Below are positions 25,340 to 37,789 of a stretch of 64,000 bases of DNA, piece after piece. The DNA comes from Octopus sinensis (lineage: Eukaryota). Where the stretch lies: the NCBI RefSeq assembly GCF_006345805.1, contig NC_043002.1, positions 52,266,001 to 52,330,000 on the forward strand. Reading direction: 5' to 3'. The position numbers and the translations under genes are program-made. The stretch's first letter is position 1. Every line of letters starts with the position of its first letter. The notes under the pieces are model-generated. The model made no database searches. It was not told where the DNA came from and worked only from the letters and a program-made list of their open reading frames with translations.

Positions 25340-26257
25340 TTTATTCCACTGAATTACTAATTATATTATGAACCACAGAAAGAACAAATCAAAGCTAAAG
25401 CTGATCCTAATAAAATCTGAGCTTAGAAACTTATGAATTCAGGAAAGATGAAGCAAAACACATGATCGTATGAAAAAGCAGTTATGATATACAGCTTTGG
25501 AGCCTTTGCATAATTCTGAAGACATATCTCATATGGTAGTAACTTGTAGATTTATAATTTGTACAGCTTTAAACATCTTTCCGCTATAGAGAACGAAGCA
25601 AGGATTTCAAATTAACATATTATAATTTAGTTGTTGCATTATATTAAACGAGTATCAGCAGTAAGCTTTCTCTCCCTCCCCATCTCTGTCGAATGGATGC
25701 ATTTCCTACTGTATATTATGCAGACCTCATACGTATTAAATGATTTCAAAATATCACTATTTGGTTTGACTTCATCATTACAACTTGTGCGTGTGTGTGT
25801 AGATTGCTTAAATCAGTAACACTTTTCTTTTTTGAAAGTGCGGCGGATTTGACTTTAATTTTCATTGTTCAATTCTCGATGGAATAAATACTAGACCAGT
25901 AAGTACTAGGATTGTTACCACGTGTCTTTTTGATTATGCTCGAAATAATTTTTGGAGATTGCTGCCCTTGATGTTTTTCCATCATGTTTCAACCGCGATC
26001 CAGGACAACTATAACGAAGTACATTCCAGCTATGCACTTCAATACTTTTTACATTAAAATTTACATTAAAATCATGTATCTTTCTGTAATTGATACAGCG
26101 TCGTGCGATATGAGGCAGATTTAGCTGTTATTTTTAACGGAAGCGAAGGCATAGAAGTTGCCTCATTGGACAGTTTAGATGACATTTAATCCCAGATCAA
26201 TCCTGATTAAATAGACCTACGGAATATTGTCATTGTAATCATCCACAAATATTATAC

Positions 26258-26670
26258 AGGCGCACATATGGCTGAATGGTTAAGAAGCTCGATTAGTAAC
26301 CAAGTGGTTCCGGGTTCATTCTCACTGCGTGGCTCCTTGGAACTGTGTCATCTACTATAGTCCTGGGCCGACCAATGACTTGTGAGTGAATCTGGTTGAC
26401 GGAAGCTGTATGGAAACCTATCGCATATGTGTGTGTGTGTAGATGTGTTTCTGTTTGTATGTATATGTAGATGTGAGTATTTTTGTGTCGGCGTTAGTCC
26501 CTCCCACCACTTGACAACCGGTGATCGTTCGTTTACATTCCCGTTGCTTAACGGTTCAGAAAAATCGACCAATTGAATAAATCCCAGACTTGAAAATAAA
26601 TGTCTAAGCCTGTCAAGGTGGTGCCCCAGTATGACCGCAATCTAATTACAGAAACAAATAAACAATAAAA
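26258..26670 (+). mobile_element. Family-B tRNA-derived SINE
   Basis: tggctgaatggttaagaagc head, ccttggg..tgtc.tctactatag core, tail ggtggtgccccagtatgaccgc. Confidence 0.75.
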
Positions 26671-27290
26671 GAAAAAGAAAATATACTTTCATATCAGACT
26701 TTATAATCCAATTAGTTCTTCCTTCTATTAAAAAAAAAAAGGCGATATGACGCGATTTAAGAGAGATTTGGTTGCTATTTCTTGCAGACCTAGCGACCAC
26801 ATAGCGGCATTGCTTTGCGCAAGCAATTCATCGATGGAAGAAGGGTGTAAATGTAATAAGTTACAACAAACAACAGCCTTCAGGTTTTATTAAACTTCAT
26901 TAAACCAAGATGTTCATGTTTGAAGTCATCCGGCCGAAATTTTATACTTCTCTTCATTCTGACATAAATTTTATTCAACTCTTTCAAGCAATTTATGTTA
27001 TTACTATTTGCCGACGCAGACGTCAAATACATTCCTCTGATTCTACAGTTTTTATTATCTCGTTTGGGTCCTTTCTATATCGTTTATCCATGGCAAATGA
27101 AATAAGATATAAATGGGTAAACAGTTATCAATGGCTTTTGCAAACATTACGTGTTTACAAGATAGTATTGTTTCCTCCCCAAAAAACATTCATCGATACA
27201 TTTTTGCGTTGTTTTCTACTCTTTGTTATATTTCAAGACAACAATCTTTAGACGTTATTAAGGTCTATTTTAATAATGATTATGATGATG

Positions 27291-27357
<67 letters not shown>

Positions 27358-27576
27358 TTTATCATTATTGTCGTTGTTGTTGTTATTTAAAAATACTAGG
27401 AAGGAATTAAGGGATTTGAATTCATGTATAGAATATTTATTTCGTCTTGCTTATAAGTTGAAAACATTTGCGATATTTTCGCATTTCGAAAGAAAATAAA
27501 CACACACGTAAAAAAATAAAACACACGTGATCTGTATGCATGCGTGTATGTATGTGTGTATGTATGTATGTATGTA

Positions 27577-27623
<47 letters not shown>

Positions 27624-28293
27624 TCGTGCACACAAGTACAAATGCTTTATTGTGTGTGTTTGTGTGTGTGTGTGTACGTATGCATGCTCATGTGTGTATG
27701 TACGTTTGTATCTATATATTTAAAGTGGATGTTTATGATAAGAAACCTTAAAAACAGCGGATAACATAAGCTGCCAAAGGACTTCATACAAATGTAGAGT
27801 TAAATTATATATAATTAGAATTAGATACAGAGTAGCTGTGACTTCGAAATTTCGACGGTAGTTGCTCGTCGGACTTGAAAATTTAATGATTATTGACAAG
27901 CTGTAGAATATTTCGATTTAATGATCCTGTCAGACTATGATCTGATAAGACAATAAGATCATTAGATTTTTATATAGTAACTAACTGACCACGTTCCGTC
28001 AATAACTACGGCTAATTGTGGTATTTTATAAGGTACAAAATTAGGTACATAATAATCACACAAACAGTCACATACTTCCCTTGTATACGCACACACATAC
28101 CCACATATACTCAAACAGAGTTGAAACGCTGATTTTTTTTAAACCCTTCCTTCCTTATTCATCTATCACCCCTTCCTTTCTCTCATTGCTATTACTTTCT
28201 CTCACTCTCACTCAGTCAGGGATATTACTCTCATTACTTCTCTTTCACTGAATGACTATTTTTTCTCCTCTTCCGCGTCCGGTGTAGTTTTGG

Positions 28294-28348
<55 letters not shown>

Positions 28349-28377
28349 ATATATATATAATATATATATATATATTG

Positions 28378-29156
28378 ATGCCGAGCTCCATCAGCATGGT
28401 CTGAAGCAGATCCGTGGTTTCAGCGATGAGTACGGTGTCGTCTGCGAAACAGAGGTGGGTGAGGAGCTCGCAGTAGGTCTCAAGATGAACTGCATGAAAA
28501 CGAAGTTCATGCGGTCAGACAACGTACCAACAGATCGAATGGTGGTCGGTAGTGATGAAATAGAGGAGGTAAAGGAATACGTCTACCTGGGACAGGAAGT
28601 GAATATGTGCCGAGATATCGAAAAGGAGATCTCACGGAGAGTAAGGGCCGGATGGAAGGCGTTTAATGGCATAAGGGATGTGCTCAAGGGAAGGTTGGAC
28701 AGGACCACCCGCACCAACCTCATCAACAATACAGTTCTACCAGCAATGTTATATGGCTGTGAAACATGGGCTACAACAAAGAGAAAAGAGCAGGGACAGG
28801 TAACGGCTCAAAGAGCCATGGAAAGGTCAATGCTTGGTATCTCGTTGAAAGAGCATATCAGTAGCGAGATCATCAGAAAGAAGTCCGGCGTGAGGGATGT
28901 TATCGCAGAGTATACACGCAGCAAGTTTAGATGGGCTGGACACGTCGCCCGGCTCACCGATAATCGGTGGACCCACGCAGTTGTCGAGTGCTACCCGTGC
29001 GAGGGGAAACGATCACCCGGAAGGCCTCCACGACGGTGGAGTTACGATTTCAGGAGGACGATTGGGATCACGTGGATGAGAAAGGCGCGATCCAGAGAAG
29101 AGTGGACAGCGTGCTGTGACCAGCGGTGTCAAATGGACGCCTAACGGACTGGTCGG

Positions 29157-29160
<4 letters not shown>
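28378..29160 (+). mobile_element. Young 5'-truncated RTE LINE with inverted 5' segment, inserted in (TA)n
   Basis: Plus 28470-29144: VGLKMN..KTKFM..YVYLG..EISRRVRAGW..LPAMLYGCETW..QRAMERSMLG..RWAGHVAR..GRPPRRW, with no stops. 28378-28469 reads ELLTHLCFADDTVLIAETTDLLQTMLMELGI on the minus strand. Confidence 0.92.
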
Positions 29161-29189
<29 letters not shown>

Positions 29190-29192
<3 letters not shown>

Positions 29193-29578
29193 ACTGTGTG
29201 GTAAGTTGCTTGCTTACGAATCACATGGTTCCGGGTTCAGTCCCACTGCGTGGCACCTTGGGCAAGTGTCTTTTACTATAGCCTCGAGCCGACCAAAGCC
29301 TTATGAGTGGATTTTGTTGACGGAAACTGAAAGAAGCCCGTCGTATGTATATATGTATATGTATGTTTGTGTGTCTGTGTTTGTTCCACCAACATCGCTT
29401 GACAACCGATGCTGATGTGTTTACGTCCTCGTAACTTAACGGTTCGGCAAAAGAGACCGATAGAATAAGTACTAAGCTTACAAAGAATAAGTCCTGGAGT
29501 CGATTTGCTCGACTAAAAGGCGGTACTCCAGCATGGCCACAGTCGAATGACTGAAACATGTAAAAGAGTAAAAGAGTA
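29190..29578 (+). mobile_element. Family-B SINE (CORE-like ccttgggcaagt), full length
   Basis: gttccgggttcagtcccactgcgtggcaccttgggcaagtgtc...ggcggtactccagcatggccacagtcgaatgactgaaac then (gtaaaaga)n tail. Confidence 0.85.
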
Positions 29579-29594
29579 TATATATATATATATA

Positions 29595-31180
29595 TATAAA
29601 AAGCAATAAAGATTCAAGTTAATTTAAATGAATTTACTTGAATATGGTACCTAACTTAGATGCACCAAAAAAAACTATACTGTTTTAACAATACAGTAAT
29701 GTGGGGTGATTATAAGCGAGAAAGAAGCAACAAGAATGGATAGGTTTTTAGTACAATCGTTTCATACAAGGACAGGCTTTATTAAAAGTTGTAAAAATTA
29801 CAGCATATAAACGTGTCCCGTACTCATCAGCTAAAATACATGTGAGTTCTCTAGACATCCTAGTGGTTGAGGCTATACTCATGAAGTAATGTAGATAGTT
29901 AAGTAACACAAACAGATTTCCAAAGATCATTAAAGTTCTTAAAGATGATGTACAGTCTTATCACAGAATTTTAAAAAAGTTCTAATAGCATCACAGAGAA
30001 GGTGACCTAATCCATAGAGCACATATGAAATTCCAGAGATATGATGAGGGATTACATACTCACAGAAGACAAATTTATCCATTGTTAATCACAACGAGGT
30101 GGGTCTCAATTCCTGCTTATTAGCATTACAGAGAGGGTGAATTAATCCTTTGTATAGATGCACAATTTCCAATGGTGTAGATGTAAGTTTCCAGAGAAAC
30201 GAAGAGGAATTTCATATTCACAGGCGATAAATTTATCAATGGTTGAACACAATGAGGTAGGTATCAGTTCTTGTTGTATGATTAGGTATTTGCCACATTA
30301 ATCACATTACTGCTATTTACAAGAGGCCGTAGCTATTTAACTTTTAAAGGCTGAAGGGCTTTCTAGAGAGGCAAAGAATAGAAAGAGAAGGGAATAGGAG
30401 AAAAGAGAGAAAATAAGGGAGGAGGGAGCAAAAAAAGGGGGGGAAGGGGACTAAAAGAGAAGAGAAAAGGAAAAAGAGAATAAGAAGAAGAAACAGAAAA
30501 AAGAGAAAAGAGAAAGAAATAGGGAAAGAAGGGAAAAAATAAAAATAAAAAAGGGGGTTCTAGTTATACAGACGAATTAGTAGACGGCAAGTCTGGTTTT
30601 AATTTACAGGCATCTAGGAACTAGAGGAGAATATTATTCTTTGGCCAGTAAAACAGCTAATTTATTGCTGTTGAAATCAGCTATGAATTTAAAGAGAATC
30701 TAAAGAGATAACACAGTCAGGGGTTTAGGGGTCAGATGCTAAAATCAAAAGAAAATACATTAGAAAATCTAAGTATAATCTTATCAAAAAGTCATTAAAA
30801 CTTACTTATTTAATTTATTCATTTTATTGTCTTAAGGAGTTGCCGTTATTATTCATACATTGACGGACTACAGGTCAAATCTTAGAAGATCATTTACAAG
30901 GTGTTAGGGGATTGTCTATCATAATGAAGATAATCATATTATCACTGAGGGGGTAGCCTTATTTATTTAATTTTGAAATAGAATTATGGGGCTATAGTAA
31001 CTCATTTTATTTTATTAGAGTTATGCTACTTAAATTAGATTAAGTTAGGAATTAAAATTAAAAATTACAATTAAGATTTAAAATTAAGAATTTAAAAATT
31101 ATGAGTTTGAAATTAAATAAAGCCTCAATTAAGCAGCGTATAAGTACTATTCATTTCCCTGTTCTCAAAAAACTGATGCA
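29595..31180 (-). mobile_element. Decayed Penelope-like element carrying the hammerhead motif
   Basis: Bounded by (TA)n. Weak C-terminal Penelope-like remnant (CYL...KFIADFNSNKLAVLL...PRCL) at ~30600-30715, a purine tract, and the hammerhead near the 3' end. PLE assignment rests largely on the known PLE-hammerhead association. Confidence 0.45.
29746..29836 (-). ncRNA. Type I hammerhead ribozyme motif with extended stem II
   Basis: Minus: UUUUAG-CUGAUGA-[GUAC GGGACA..UUUAU..UGUAA uuu UUACA..AUAAA..UGUCCU U GUAU]-GAAA-CGAUUG-UA-CUAAAA. Stem I UUUUAG/CUAAAA, both core boxes intact, GUA cleavage triplet, short near-palindromic stem III. Confidence 0.8.
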
Positions 31181-31954
31181 GATATATATATATATGCACT
31201 ACGCTCATTATTATATTAGGAGATATTTATTGTTGGCGGTTGTTTTGGCCTTATGTTGATCAGTGGTTACTAATGCTAATACTATTCATTTCACTGTACA
31301 CATACATACATCCACATACAAACACCTCCCCACATACACATAGATGCGTACACTCATATACACATACATACCTTTCTTCTATTGGGTATACCACATAGAG
31401 GGGACAGTCGTCATTCAGTGGAGTATCAAGGCATCATCGGCAGTAATCTTTACGTGGAAGTAACCAAATTTTATGGTGTTGGGTTACAACTGAAATTGCA
31501 TGACAAACGGGTGGGCTATTGTCTATACAAGTGGCAGGTTTTAAATACCATGCCTTTGTGTGTGTGTATGTTGTAGAGGGGGGCAATTAGGCCTAGGGTT
31601 GTATATAAAGATTGTCAGCTGCCAGCAATAAGTTTAGTCTCACGTAGTGTGTGGTGTGTGTGATTGTGTGTTAGTGAGTGAAAGCGAGAGAGGTGGCGGG
31701 AGGGAGAGAGTGTTGGCAAATGCACCTCGCAAACATCCTGTCCGAACACGTCGGTCTAAAAATAAAGAAAATAGCTGATGTCGCTTTCATAGCATTACTA
31801 TCACCTTAAGCTAACCTGACCAATAGAGCCCCAAATACCTAGAAACAAACTTCGATTTCTCTCAAAACTCTCGTACTGCTCCTAGCATCTGATGGGATAG
31901 GCGTGTCCTACGTGCACACTAAACTTCAAGTCAAGTGGGGCTGAGTCAAACTGC

Positions 31955-32035
<81 letters not shown>

Positions 32036-32974
32036 ACACACACACACACACTCATAAAGAAGATGAGATTCTTTAAGTTTCCGTCTACCAAACCCACTCA
32101 CACGACTTTGGTCGTCCTGGGGCTATAGTAGAAGACACTTGCCCAAAATGTCACACAGTGAGACTGAACCTGGAACCAGGCGAGTGGGAAGCAAACATCT
32201 TGCCACATAGCTACACCTGTTCCACCAAAGCCGACAATGTTAAATTTGACTCAAGTTGGGACATCATTAGGGTCTCTAAACCGTACATAAACAGTAGATA
32301 AGGCTGCAGACTTTGCTGCATGGAGCTATTTGAAATTTTAAGGAGATCTGTTAGTGATAATCTATTAAATAATAAACTAGACCTTCGTCTCTTCTATATA
32401 CATAAGGCTATCTGCACGTTTAAATACCTTAAGATCATTAAACAACCTCTATAATAGCCCCCAACCTAGGTCCAGTCTAATTCGTTGACCATTCAGCCTA
32501 TCGATCTACCTATTCGTTTCTGAACCCTCCTAGTCTCATTTCTCCTCTACCATAACTTTTAACTGCTCTTAATATACTTGCTTGGTACTAATCATTCTAT
32601 CTGTGATGCAATAGCGATGATAGTGATACTCAACTTCTAGTAACAGCCTGCACACCCTAGACAGTCCGTTTCATTTTCTACTACTCATGCACACCTTACA
32701 ACAACGTACGGTTTTGAGCAGTGCTCGTTATAGAGTAGATAGAACACACTATCCAAACCTCTTACCCGCGACTAGTGTCTTGAGTTGCTTCACCTGATTC
32801 GCACAAAATGATTATACCATCCAATTTTGATACTTCGCCGCATGTTTAACATTCCTTAGTTAATCATTAGACTACCCCCTACCGCAAGCCTTCCTTTGAT
32901 TCTGATCTACTATTTCCTTTAACACAGTACTAGGTATAGTTCATTATATAACATCATCCTGCTTTAAATTTCTG

Positions 32975-33434
32975 AATTCTTTATTGCCCACAAGGGGCTA
33001 CACACAGAGGGGACAAACAAGGACAGACAAACAGATTAAGTCGAATCTATCGACCTCAGTGCGTAACTGGTACTTATGTAATCGACCCCGATAGGATGAA
33101 AGGCAAAGTGGACCTCAGCGGAATTCGAACTCAGAACGTAGCGGCAGACGAAATACCTATTTCTTTACTGCCCACAAGGGGCTAAAGACAAAGCGGACAT
33201 ACAAGGACAGACAAACGGATTAAGTCGATTACATCGACTCCAGTGCGTAAATGGTACTTAATTTATCGACCCCGAAAGGATGAAAGAAACAGGTATTCGT
33301 CTGCCGTTACGTTCTGAGTTCAAATTCCTCCGAGGTCGACTTTGCCTTTCATCCTTTCGGGGTCGATTAAATAAGTGTCAGTTACGCACTGGGGTCGATA
33401 TAATCGACTTAATCCGTTTGTCTGTCCTTGTTTG
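32975..33434. mobile_element. Family-A SINE units in inverted arrangement (two minus, one plus)
   Basis: 33201-33286 is the reverse complement of 33346-33431. Confidence 0.85.
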
Positions 33435-33529
33435 CAATAAGTGTCGCGTGGTGGAAATAAACACAATTACCAAACTTTCATTCATAAATCCATTTATTAT
33501 TTCGTTCTTTTGTATTTCAATTTATACAT

Positions 33530-34134
33530 TCGTACCTAGAAATTTTCAACAACTGCACGCCAGAAGAAATAGAAAAACAAGTAGTTTATATCCTAAAAAT
33601 TCTGACTGTCTTGCAATAAATGAAAAAGTTCTTAATATTATATCAGAGGCACTTAAAACGTACTTAAGCACAGATTCACTGTCTTGTAATAATGAAGAGG
33701 AGGTTCAGAACTATCCATTTGAATTCATGAACTCACTCACTCCATCCGGTATGCCTCCTCATCACCTCAACTTAAAAGTAGGAACTATTGTAATGCTGCT
33801 AAGAAATCTTTTGATCAGTCAAGGATTATGTAATGGAACTCGCATGAAAGTGCAAAACCTTCATGAACATTGTGTAGAGGCATCATTGGCAACATGCTCC
33901 AACAGAGGTAGTACAGATCTAATTCCCAGAATTAAACTTAGCCCAAGTGATGCAAATATTCCATTCGCACTAAACAGACTACAGTTTCTACTTCGACTTG
34001 CATATTCAATGACAATTAATAAGGCTCAAGCACAACCATTTGAAAAGGTTGGAATACATTTGCCTCAACCGGTATTTTCTCATGGCCAATTATATGTCGC
34101 ATTTTCAAGAGCACGAGCTATGAACAATATCAAA
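33530..34134 (+). mobile_element. Helitron PIF1-family helicase C-terminal fragment
   Basis: LYPKN..INEKVL..TYLSTD..YPFEFMNSLTPSGMPPHHLNLKVGTIVMLLRNL..GLCNGTR..IPRIKLSP..QF.LRLAYSMTINKAQ.Q..KVGI.L..PVFSHGQLYVAFSR. Truncated by (CCTA)n; frameshift near 33585. Confidence 0.92.
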
Positions 34135-34238
34135 TATATACCCACCCACCTACCTACCTACCTACCTACCTACCTACCTACCTACCTACCTACCTACCTA
34201 CCTACATACAAACATTTAAGTGTTCATTCAGTTCATTC

Positions 34239-34271
<33 letters not shown>

Positions 34272-34277
34272 ATATAT

Positions 34278-34530
34278 AGGCGCAAGTGTGACTGTGTGGT
34301 AAGAAGCTTGCTTCCCGACCACATGGCTCTGGATTCAGTCCCACTGCGTGGAACCTTGGGCAAGTGTCTTCCACTGTAGCCTCGGGCTTACCAAATCTCT
34401 ATGAGTGGATTTGGTAGACGAAAACTGAAAGAAGTCCGTCCTATATATATGTGTGTGTGTATGTGTATGTGTGTGTGTGTGTGTGTGTGTCTTGCTGTCT
34501 GCGTTTGTTCCCTCACCTCCTCTTGACAAC
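34278..34530 (+). mobile_element. Family-B SINE 5' part
   Basis: ggcgcaagtgtgactgtgtggtaagaagcttg...ccttgggcaagtgtcttccactgtagcc. Confidence 0.8.
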
Positions 34531-35455
34531 TGTGTACGTGTTGCTGTGCTTGAATCCTATTGGTGAAGAATCTTTCATCCTCTTGATAACGAAAAAAATA
34601 AACAAAACAAACATCATCAACTGCTGATATGACGTCATTATCACTGCGATGCTGGTTCTCAGCCAAGTGATTTTTCATATTAGGGAATAAACGATATTCA
34701 GATGGGGCCAAATGAGGAGAATAGGGAGGGCTGATAGACCAATTCAATGTTAGTCACGCACAGCAGTCATTGAAGGAAAGGACTTGTGCGCTGGAGCATT
34801 GGTCCTGATGAAACAAGTTCCTTTTCATCAGATTTACCGGGTGTTTGGTCTTGATAGCTTTCCGCAGCTGCCTCAGTAAGTTGGATGTAGTACTCTCCAT
34901 TGATGGTGTGACCCTTTTGAAGATTGTCAATTAACACAATGCCTTTTGCAGCTAAAAAACTGAGGCCATCACCTTCCTTGCTGATGAGACTACCTTGGCC
35001 TTCTTTGGAGCATGCATGAACTGTATCTTTGTCTTTGGCTCAAAGTGATGAAGCCTGCACTCATCCTGGGTTCAGAAAAGTTCAAGGAAACCAGTTGGAC
35101 TTGCTTGAAACAATGTCAGATTTTTCCGTGATGTGATCAACCTGGTGCACTTTTGATCAGGTGACAGAAAATATCGCACCCATCGAGCAGAAACCTTGCC
35201 AAATTCATTGTGCAGAATATTTTCATCTCTCTCACTGGACCTGCTAATAGCATTGGTTATTTGATTTATAGCCAATCGCCTGTCACCCCTCACCATGTGG
35301 TGAACATGATGAATGTTTTCCTCGGTGGTGGCAGTTACAGGACGTCCAAACTTTAAGGTTATCTTCAAGACTCTCCCTTCCTTTCTCAAAACACAGTTAG
35401 CATCCCTTTTACTGCAGACGGTCGAGTCTTGATTTCTTCTTCGCGATTTCAGGTG
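34530..35455 (-). mobile_element. Mariner transposase remnant (same family as 56063-57329)
   Basis: Motifs GRPVTATTEENI, KVSARWVR, PPYSPHLAPSEYRLFPNMK. Confidence 0.85.
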
Positions 35456-36204
35456 TTTCCTCTCCATACTCTGCTGTTTTGAGTCTGGGTCAAAGTGATG
35501 GAAACAGGTTTCATCTGTGACTCTTTAAAAAAGCTTCGCCTTCATCGTTGTCATGGTCGGGTATGCGTTGACAGACGTTCACAAGATTGTGCTTGAGCGC
35601 TTTAGTAAGCTCTCTTGGTACCCATCACGCACAGACTTTACGAAAGCAAAACTTGTGGATGATTTCATATGCAGAACTATTACTAATTGCAGAGAACATG
35701 CTACCTCATTAATGGCCACTTGTCGCTTGACCTACCAGAACCAGCTCTCGAGCTGGTTGAATCTTCACTTCAGTGCTTGAGTTTGATGGGCGTCCTGCTC
35801 CCTCTTCGTGCTTCACGTTTGTCCGGCCATTTTTAAACTTCTCGATCCACTCTTAAACTCTTCTACGCGGTTGTCTGCGATGGACTTTAGCCTGCGGTGA
35901 ATTTTAACCTGCGATGAATTTTAGTCTGCGATGATTTTAGCCTGTGATGAATTTTATCCCTTGATGCACCATCAGACCAGAAAATCGGATTACTCATCTC
36001 GGTTCTTCTTGGTGCACACTGCCAGCAGAGCGGTTACGTTTACTCTATAACACATGAAAGAAAACTGGAGCAATCGAGATCAAACCACGGTTACGTAAGC
36101 ACAAAAGTACAACTTTTTAGCACCCGGGCACTGAAGACAGTGCAGTCAAAAATCTTAAGAAAATTTTGGCAGAAATGCGGATAATTTTTGACTTATTCTC
36201 GTAC
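35455..36204 (-). mobile_element. Second mariner family, 5' half with TIR near 36175-36204
   Basis: Minus remnants GRP, VCA*WVPREL, VTDETCFHHFDPDSKQQSME. End ..ataatttttgacttattctcgTA. Internal 17-bp tandem repeat at ~35876-35957. Confidence 0.7.
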
Positions 36205-37343
36205 ATTATATAAACATGTTTATTAAACACTCGTATTTATCGAAGAAATCCACAACACTGCTTTATACATATTTTTGCCTTAAAATACGTTTATTCAGGT
36301 ATTAATGTTAATATTTTTGAAGCAATTACTTAGACTAGCATTCCCTTATGTGAAGATGTGTGTAAGTGTAAAACAAATTGTTTGTCGAGGTTTATTTGTG
36401 AATAGGTATGTGTGATATCGTGTGTTTATGTTTTCGTCTTCGTATGTTGTCAAATAATATCCGTGAAGGAGATTTAGTGATTCCTAAGTTATCATTCACA
36501 TTTTTTAATAGCATGTGTGTATGTCTGAGCATACGTATATACATACATACATACATATATGCATGCATACATACATACATACATACATACATACATACAT
36601 ACATACATACATACATACATACGTACATAGAGAGTCAGACATATATACTTACATATACATACATTTATATATACATACGTAGGTGTGTGTGTTTGCGCAT
36701 ACGCATATGTATACCTGTATATATAAATACACACACACACACACACACTTATACAAACACAGATACATATATATGTAAGTATATATATGAATACATATAT
36801 ATATATTTGCGTGTGTGTACATATGTATATATATATTTGTGTTTGCGCGCGCGTGCATGTATATGTGCGTGTGTTTGTATAAATTTCGGTATAAATTCGA
36901 TGATTGTGCAGGTCTAACGAAACTAATTTCATCCACCTCGTACTCCGTTCAGCTCAATCAACATCTGAAAATATGTTGAGATATGACGCGATATTAAGAA
37001 CATCCGTTTGTAATCGAATTAAAGGAATTCAGCATATTGGCTTTCTTAATTTACTTTGCAAAGCACCAACTAAACGCCGACAGGATTTTTGAAGACATTT
37101 TAATGATATTCCTATGTTTAAAACCTTACAGAACGTGAGGAAGAAAGAGAGACAAAGAGAAAGACAGCGAGAGGAAATTGTATACAGATATTTTCGTGTG
37201 TTTAAGTTGTTTACTTCGCATTTTCTGGGTTTCGGTTTCGATCCCACTTCACGGCAACATGAGAAGTATTTTCTGTCAGTGCCGCCGATTGTACAGACAG
37301 ACAGTTGATAGATATAAAGTTAGATAAATAGATACACAGATAA

Positions 37344-37415
<72 letters not shown>

Positions 37416-37444
37416 ATAGATAGTCTCCTTGTTTTTTCTGTGTA

Positions 37445-37482
37445 TCTTTCTGTTGAAGAGCGTAGGCTCGAAACGTAAAAGA
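37445..37482 (+). ncRNA. Minimal type I hammerhead-like motif (Penelope/retrozyme type) with A6->U core variant
   Basis: UCUUU-CUGUUGA-A-GAGC gtag GCUC-GAA-ACGU-A-AAAGA. Stem I 5 bp, stem II 4 bp, palindromic ACGU stem III, GUA triplet. Lies in a short repeat fragment between (GATA)n arrays. Confidence 0.65.
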
Positions 37483-37744
37483 CTTTTTCTATTTCTATTC
37501 CTGAGTGCTATACTAATACATTTGTTTGTTTGTACTCCACCTGCCTTCGTCTTTTGTTTATTTTCGTAAACTTTCCCTTTATATATCACGCGCTCACGTG
37601 GTCTCACTTTGATCCTATATTCTACCACTACCAACTCTTACCTTTCCTCGACGGACACTACCTCTCCATTGGATTGTTTTTACCTCTAAGGACACCTACC
37701 CTCTGACTGCACCTCTCCTACACGGATCAAAGTGACTTTGTTAT

Positions 37745-37782
<38 letters not shown>

Positions 37783-37789
37783 GCTCTGC

